Assembly: GCA_964016885.1 (NCBI GenBank)
Contig: OZ024745.1
Span: forward strand, 109,988,001 to 110,052,000
From: Eledone cirrhosa
Taxonomy: Eukaryota
Direction: 5' to 3'
Length of the DNA stretch: 64,000 nt
The position numbers and the translations under genes were made by a program. Shown here piece by piece: positions 56,291-64,000 of this stretch. Position 1 is the stretch's first letter. Every line of letters starts with the position of its first letter. The notes beneath the pieces are model-generated. The model had not been told where the DNA came from. It saw only the letters and a list, made by a program, of their open reading frames with translations, and searched no databases.

Positions 56291-58024
56291 AATCCACAAT
56301 ATATTTTAAAAAGACGATATTAAATATAAACTGCATTACGATGAAATTTTATGAAAACGAAAAAGGAGAAAATTAGCGACAGAAATATAAACGTTATATA
56401 ACGATGTAAATACATGAACGTTTATATAAGCGATATAATATAGAGTCCATTATATCATAACCGGAAGTATTGACATTTGAAAATTTTTAAAGCAGTGAAT
56501 CGTGAAATAAGCAATAAAATTATTTAAATTTAATCAAGAGTTACGAAATTTAGTACATAAATTATGTAATATTCATTCATTATTTATTCAAAGTAGAAAA
56601 AAAAAAAAAAAGTAGAAACAATTATTTATTCAAAGAAATCCAACTTATTTTACAAACGGGCTAAAAAAAAAATATTCAGGACGCAGTCCCGCACTCCTTC
56701 CTTTATTATATTATGATACATATAAATTAATTATAGTCATACATATAAATGTATGCATATACACGTACATTCACGTATACAAATACGCGTCAGCATGTTG
56801 AAAAAATGTTTAGTTATTTAAAATTGAGAGTGATCATAGAACTGTTATTGTTGAATCAAGGTTGCTACTTTCATTACCCCACGTTTCAGTTTTCTACTGT
56901 TTAACAAATAGATATCTATTGCATGGATATCTCATCAAGTTCTCCTTGAACAGGTATTATCAGAAATGCTTGTTTCTCAAATCAAAACAATTGATTATAA
57001 AATAGATAATTAATAAAATTCTATATTAATTACCCATCTAGGTCAGAGAAAGTCATTATCACTTGTACTTGAAAAACCCCCAAACAAACTATATGAAATT
57101 AATAAGTTCTCATAGTTGCTCTATATTGTCTCTTTAATTATCAATTTAGGCTTGTTATATTTGTAACTATTTCAGCTGATTGACTGGAAATGGAAAACTT
57201 AATTAATCAAAGTATCTGTATCAATAATGAGTAACACAAATAAAGTAGATTGAAATGACTAAATCTGTTGTAAAAGGAAAATAAAAAGCTTTCTTTCAAC
57301 TCATAAATAACATATATAAACAATATTACAATAATATTATCATTAACATAAGCAGCTCGAATATGTTTCTACTTAGTAAATTATACTATAATAAAAATGT
57401 ATATATACGCATGTGTGTGTGTGTGATATAATGGTTAACTCTTTAGCGTTCAAAACAGCCAAAATTATTTCCCCTTTATTTGTTCAAACCGGCCGATAAC
57501 ACACACACTGAAATATCGTTGTAAAAATAAACAAAAACGTCATCAAAATCTCGTCAATTCCAGATTACTGCGAGATAAGGCCTTTACAGCGAACATTAAC
57601 ACTCAATATAGTGAAACGTGAAACAAATGGTTTTTTTTTTTAGCGTTGAAAGTACAACAGATTCTTTTGTGTGTATCAACAAGGCTTGTAAAAGTAGCGC
57701 TACCGACTTTGAAGGTTTTACACTCAATGACATTCAATATGAATAAGAAACAAAGAAACAAAAGATAATATTAGTGATTTATCTTCAAATGAATCAAACG
57801 TGTATATCTCTGAAATAAAATGATCACACAGTATCTTGCTGTTCACTTTTTTTCCATCTCTAAAGGGAATTTGTCCGATTTTCTCAACTTATGTTTATAG
57901 TAATAAAGTACTACTATAGTCATTTTCTGCATTTGGGATGGTCACATTTTCAAATATACATATATATATATATATATTTACTCACATATATGCATGCATG
58001 TACGCACACACACATATATATATA

Positions 58025-58713
58025 TGTATTTCTTTATTAGCCACAGGGGCACAAAAGTAGGGGACAAATACAAAGGGGGAAGTTTACATACAATAAAAAC
58101 GTGTAAAATGTTATCACAAAGGCAATTTAAAAAATTAGTCGATTTTCCCCAATAGGGGGAGACAGTTCATATGGGTAACACATACCCCCGAAAAAATGTG
58201 CAACCCTCATCTCCAGGAGTACGAAGAGTTTGTACTCCTTTCCTCTCCTCCTTTTCCTCAACCTACAGGCTTATATAGAGAGAAGGCGCATTCACTCGGG
58301 CCATTCTCACAACTTTCACCCACCTTTCTTGCTGGGGTACAGCACCTCTCTCTCCGTCCTGATTCTTCTTCCAAAGTGGTATTTGAAAAAAAGAATCAGT
58401 TGTTGGCCGGAGAGAAAGGTGTCTGACCTCAGCCCTTTCAACCTTGTCCACCAAACAACCTCTTTCGCCATAGCTATCACACAAAGGAAAACCGCCTCTC
58501 CTTCGTTTTTGAAGGAGGGTGGCGGTTTGATCATGACAATGGACTCGGTGGTCAACCGGATTGGTCCCACCTGCGACAATAGTCGTTCTACATAGCCCCA
58601 CAGGTCAGTGACGCCCGGGCAATGTATGAATGCGTGCGCGACGGTTTCTTCGTCTTGCACGCACCTCGGACAGATCTTTTTTGCCGGGTCCCTGCCCGGG
58701 CGCCCATGTCTGT
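58025..58713 (-). mobile_element. 5'-truncated Tx1/L1-clade LINE (ORF2 C-terminal CCHC zinc knuckle plus 3' UTR)
   Basis: CPRCVQDEETVAHAFIHCP..LWGYVERLL..AKEVVWWTR. The 3' end is ctaataaagaaata, and both ends abut (TA)n. Confidence 0.85.
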
Positions 58714-58789
58714 ACATATATATATATAGTTTATCAATGTCTTGAGACATGAGGACCAGAGACGTGAAGTGTTCTGCATTGTAAGGCAG

Positions 58790-60035
58790 TGTGTTAGTGT
58801 AAATCGAGATGTTGGGGGAAAATGTGTTAGAAATGATACTAGTGTACTTAGTACCACTGATGCCAACCAAAAAGAAAGAGGCTGGGATATGTTACTACGA
58901 GAGATTAATGAATGTAAAGAATGAATAGGAGGAAGAGAGACTACCACAACTTACTCAACAGAAGGACTAGCTATTTACGTTGAGTCAAAATGAGAGTAGG
59001 AAATGAGTTTAAGTGAGGAATTCAAGGTACAGGTCAGAGTTAATGAGGCTTCAGTTGTTAGCTCACTGCTGTTTATCATAGTTCTCCTGGCCATAACAGA
59101 AGTTTAAAACTGGCTGTCCGTAGGAATTTTTCTATGCAGTTGATTTGATCCTTATAAAAGAACTAGGAAATAAGTTTCGACCCAGGGAAACAGAATTTGG
59201 AATCAAAAAGTGAGAGTAAAATTAACCAAAACTAAAGAGCTAGTAAGTAGGAAAGAAGATAGGACCTGCTCTATATGTAGAAATGGAGTGTGCATAAACT
59301 CCATATGGTGTACACGATGTAAAGATATAGTGGGATAACAGGAAGACTAACTGGAAAGGAAGATTTTGTATATAGAAGATGCACAAGTGTAATCATGGGG
59401 TAGAACACCAGTGATATAAACCCCTTTAAGTCACAGGAAGGGTCCATAGAAGTGGTTGATGGCTTCTGCTATCTTGGTAACTTAATTAGCAGTGAAGGAG
59501 GGTGCTCTGAGAGCATAATAGCTAGAATAAGGATAGGATGGAAGAAGTTTAGAGAGCTACTCCCACTGTTGACAACAAAAGGTTTCCCCTTACATACAAA
59601 AGGACGACTGTATAATGCCTGTGTGCCAAGTGTGATGCTGCATGGTAGTGAAACATGGACTGTGACTGCAGCAGTCATGCTTTATTGGGTGTGCAATGAA
59701 AATGTGAGAGAAAGGCAGAGCTTGGATGAACGGAGGGAGAAGCTGGGTTTAAGAGAAACCTAAGGTGGTGTGCAGGAGAGAATACTGGTACAGATATGTG
59801 ATGCACATGGATGATGATTGATGGGTGAAGTAGTGTTAGAAAATGCCAGTGGAAGGAAGCCGCAGTAGAGGTAAACTTGGGCAGAGATTGTGAGAGCTGA
59901 ATTCGAATCGCTGAAACTCAGAGAGGAGTTGATGAAGAAATGCAGTGAGTGGAGAGGTACTGTGCTGAGAAAAACTCATTGAACCCATATGAGAGTGGAA
60001 AAGCAGACTTAAAAACGATGATGAAGATGCTGATG
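58790..60035 (+). mobile_element. Decayed RTE-clade LINE 3' portion
   Basis: GCP*EFFYAVDL (YADD), CSICRNGV..NSIWCTRC, VVDGFCYLG..ARIRIGWKKFRELLPLL..KGRLYNACVPSVMLHGSETW, and an (ATG)n tail. Confidence 0.85.
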
Positions 60036-61283
60036 ATATACATATTTATATACACACATACTGTAAGTCATATATATATATATGTATATCATCATCATCA
60101 TCGTTTAATGTCCATCTTCCACGCTAGCATGGGTTAGACGGTATATATAAATGTATATATATATGTGACTTACAGCTGTATGCATACAAAGGTTGTTGCA
60201 TAAAATTATGATGGAAGATTTTTAGATAAATATCCAGTCAAATCCAATCCAATGCCTTCTCATTCCTTTTGGAGAAACCCCTCCCTGGTTAACCTCAACC
60301 CCTTTCTGTTTGGTTTTGGTCATGTCAGTGGTGTAGCCATACTTACTACACTTAGTCAATTGTGAATCAGTAAGGCTATTTAACCCATAGTTGGGTTGAA
60401 TGGCCGTTGACTCTGAGGAGTTCATCCACCCTCTTGACAGCTTCTGTTGTTGACCTCCTTGTGGTAGGCCCTGGAAACTGCTCACTGCTCAGGTGAACAA
60501 CAACAACAACCTGAGACAGCAGTAATAAATCAACAGGTAAGCCAAGATTAATCTCATCATCTCTTTTTTTATTCAAGTATAATGAATGTTGGACTACATT
60601 ATCAGATCAATTGACTATGTACATGTTCCTTTACTGACTAGAATGATAAGTGTCTTTTCTGACTACTCACTGAAATATATGAAACAAAGGAAAATATTTT
60701 ATATTTACTTAGACGTTGACAAGTAACAATCTCATTTTCCTCAGATGATACACTCTACCTACATTTATTGGGAGACATAAAATAGCAAGAGCAACAATTC
60801 ACTAATAACACAAGTAAAACCAGCAACAGAAACAAACACAGTAAATAGATTCTAGAAGTGATGTTTGACAACAGAGTCATAGACAATAGTCTATAACAAT
60901 AATAATATTTGCCTAAAAATACAACAAAACAGAACTAAATTAGCAGCAATAATAACAGAGTAATTGAAAATAAATAGAAAATTCAATTGGTTAATTAAAT
61001 TGAAAATATTTCAAAAATATAACAAAAGGAAAAAGAATCGTCTTTTCATTATATAATGACAGAATTGGAGAAGCTTTCAAAATGTCACCCAAATACTGAG
61101 TGCAAAATGAAATGTGTGCAAAGTATAAATTATACTTCTTCATCAAAATTCTCTGCTTACTTGATATGTTTCACTTGAGAATAACTGAAGTGGTTTGTCA
61201 ATTAAATCAAATGAAATGTATTCTTTGATTCTGAATTCCCTAAAAATGATCATCTGAAATTGATTTCTTGAAAATATCATTCT

Positions 61284-61570
61284 CATCATCATCATGATTA
61301 CAACCACAGCTGAACATTCCTGACAAAGTCTCTCAGCAATTCTTGATTTTCCATTGCTCCTGGTAACCACTTCCTACTGAGGTTTGTATCATCTGAAAGT
61401 TGATTGATGACGGTTCAAGCAGGTCTTTCTCTATCGGGTCTTCTCGGGTCTTCCATGAATTAGTTCCCACAATAGTAGCTTGTGTATAATTTCCTACTTA
61501 CTTCTCCAACAATGTCCTGCAAATTGTAACTGCCTTTCAGTAATTGTAGTTGTTATTTTGGGCAAGTTTC
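61284..61570 (-). mobile_element. Decayed RTE-like LINE 3' end, different family
   Basis: RQLQFAGHCWRSK*EIIHKLLLWELIHGR, and an (ATG)n tail. Confidence 0.65.
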
Positions 61571-61628
61571 TGTATAATTTTCATTTGTACTATGTTAACG
61601 TCAGTTTATGTTTTAAACATATTATGTT

Positions 61629-61812
61629 TGGATTGGCAGTATCGGTAGAGGGTCGGACGCCATGCTTGCCAACATAGTTACGTCCCTTTACGATCTGAGT
61701 TCAAATCCCGCCGAGGTTGACTCTGCCTTTCATCCTTACGGGGTCGATAAAATAAAGTACCAGTAATGCACTGGGTAATTGCTGGCCTTGTGCCTAAAGT
61801 AGAAACAATTAT
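61629..61812 (+). mobile_element. SINE family A
   Basis: Near-consensus copy with TSD-like attatgtt. Confidence 0.85.
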
Positions 61813-62023
61813 GTTGTCCTTGTGTTATCACATGGAAATACAGAAGACATATTAAGCACTTTTGTTTATTCTTTTGAAGGCAAGAAATATGCTAGATTGT
61901 GATGGCATATGTTCAGTAATTATACAAAGTTCCAATAGAAGGAAAAGAACAAAAACAACAAAAATTGAAAAATAAACATAAATTGTGAGCAAGCAATTTC
62001 TGACATTTATTCATTTCATCATA

Positions 62024-62239
62024 TTAACCCTTTAGCATTTAAACTGGCCATATCTGGCCAGAATTCTCTCACCTCTTTCTGTTCAAACCAGCTGTAACTG
62101 GCTGCTCATAATGATATTAAAGTATTGTTCTCAAAATGAATAATATCAAATTCTCATAGATTTGATATTATGTGAGGTAAAGCCTTTACCATGGAAATAT
62201 GATAATATATATAGAGTAACATGAATGCTAAAGGGTTAA
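62024..62239. mobile_element. TTAA-flanked (piggyBac-like) MITE
   Basis: TTAA-ccctttagcatt ... aatgctaaaggg-TTAA. The same body occurs at 15012, 33770 and 41429. Confidence 0.85.
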
Positions 62240-62486
62240 ACATGGTAAATTCCTTTTACCAACTTTAGGTTGGAGAAACTCTGAGCTGGGGTTGTTTCTT
62301 GTTTCTATAGAATTTTGCTGATGAGAGAAATCTCCCTTTGAATGGGACACTAGTCTGTTGCAGTTAACTTTCTTTCCGGTCAGAGTTGCATATTTAAAGT
62401 TCATATACTACTTAATTACATTGGTTAACTGAACTTTAACTATGCAGTGTATGAGTATTATGTTTGGCTGACAACTCATTATTATT

Positions 62487-62676
62487 GGTGGATTGGCAGT
62501 ATCAGTAGAGGGTTGGACGCCATGCTTTGCAGCACATAGTTACGTCCCTTGGCAGTCTGAGTTCAAATCCTGCCGAAGTTAACTTACTCTTTCATCCTTA
62601 CAGGGTCGATAAAATAAAGTACCAGTAATGCACTGGGATAATTGCTGGCCTTGTGCCAAAAATAGAAACAATTATT
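62487..62676 (+). mobile_element. SINE family A
   Basis: Full copy. Confidence 0.85.
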
Positions 62677-63334
62677 ATCATCTAACATGTTTTGTTTCTT
62701 GTTAACAAGGATTGGATAGATTGGCACAGATGATTGGTACTTAATCAGAGGCTACTGATCTCTCAACTGGGTTGGGGTCACATTTTATTATATATATTCC
62801 CATACTTAGCAGTGCACCGAGTGCATTTTATCATGGCACCAACACTAGAGAGGCTGTCATGTCTTTGACACAACTGAAGAGTACTCTATACCCTTTCTTT
62901 GGTAAGTTTTCTATTACTGGATACCTTTCTTATACAGACTGTACAGGGTGCAGAGAATCCTGTTTGAAGCTCTAGCATTTCCACAAATCCATGCTCTGGA
63001 CTGCTACTTTATTAACCCTAAAATGGTGAAAAGCAAAAATAATTGTGCACAGCAAGCAAAAAGAAATATTGCAATGTTGTAGCTAAAATAGAGGATGCAT
63101 TTCTGAGAAGACTGAAGCAGAAAAAAAAAAATTCTAATTCAAACACAAGGCAAATAAATCGATTATATTGATTATATTGACCCCAGTACATGATTGGGAT
63201 TTGATTTATTGACACTAGAAGGATAAAAGTGGGATTGCACTCAGAACTTAAAGAGTCATTACTAAATGCTGCAAAACATTCTGCTTGACACTCTGCCTAT
63301 CAATAGTAGTAGTGATAGTAACAGTAGTAGTAGC

Positions 63335-63386
<52 letters not shown>

Positions 63387-64000
63387 TTAGTAGTAGTAAT
63401 CATCATGATGATTATGATAATTAGTTCATATGACTTCCATATCAACAGAAAATTGGGGGAAGAATTAGAGTTAGCATAGAATTAAAGCAATGCAAAGCAG
63501 GAATGAGAAAATAACAATGTTTAGAATTTGATATAAGCCAACAAAATACCTGGTTCAGATAAAGTTAAGTATTTATTATACCAAGTCATGACAGTACAGA
63601 AAGCTGAAATAAGCTTTAAAATAGTGTGTCTCTGGGGGGTGGTAGTAGTGGTGGTACTAGTGGTTGTCATGTTGGTGGTAGTGGCAGCAGTCATGGTGGT
63701 TGTGTGACAACAATGATAATAGTGATGATCATGATCAGGATTCTGATGGTGGTTGTTGTTGTCATCATCATCATTCTCCTCCTCCTCCTCCTCCTTCTCC
63801 TCAAAGTTACCTTTTTCATTATATCAAGTCAATGTAGGTAACAGAGTGAATGTTGGGTCAAAAAATATTTGGTTATTGCGTATTGATCAGGAATGACATA
63901 ACAGTTATTTAGTTATGTCACATCTAATCAATACTCACCTGCAAATGATTGATTAAGCTTCAAGCAAGCAGAAATTCTGCAAACTTGTAGATTATTCAAC

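Overview
Very AT-rich, microsatellite-dense animal genomic DNA. The tRNA-derived SINE families and (TA)n/(CA)n/(ATG)n content suggest a coleoid cephalopod such as Octopus (inference, not a database match). I recognise no host protein-coding gene; nearly all listed ORFs are simple-repeat artefacts or decayed transposon fragments. The window holds two abundant SINE families, RTE, R4/Dong-like, CR1 and Tx1/L1 LINE remnants, non-autonomous Helitrons, and hAT, Tc1/mariner and TTAA-type MITEs. The main feature is an ~11 kb nest at ~42.4-53.6 kb. It contains rearranged Penelope-like (PLE) RT/GIY-YIG sequence, several fold-back palindromes and 9 minimal type I hammerhead ribozyme motifs (7 foldable by hand, 2 damaged, plus half-motifs). 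These come from about 7 unrelated pLTR-like families, almost all embedded in (TA)n tracts. All folds and alignments were done by eye, and repeat boundaries are approximate.
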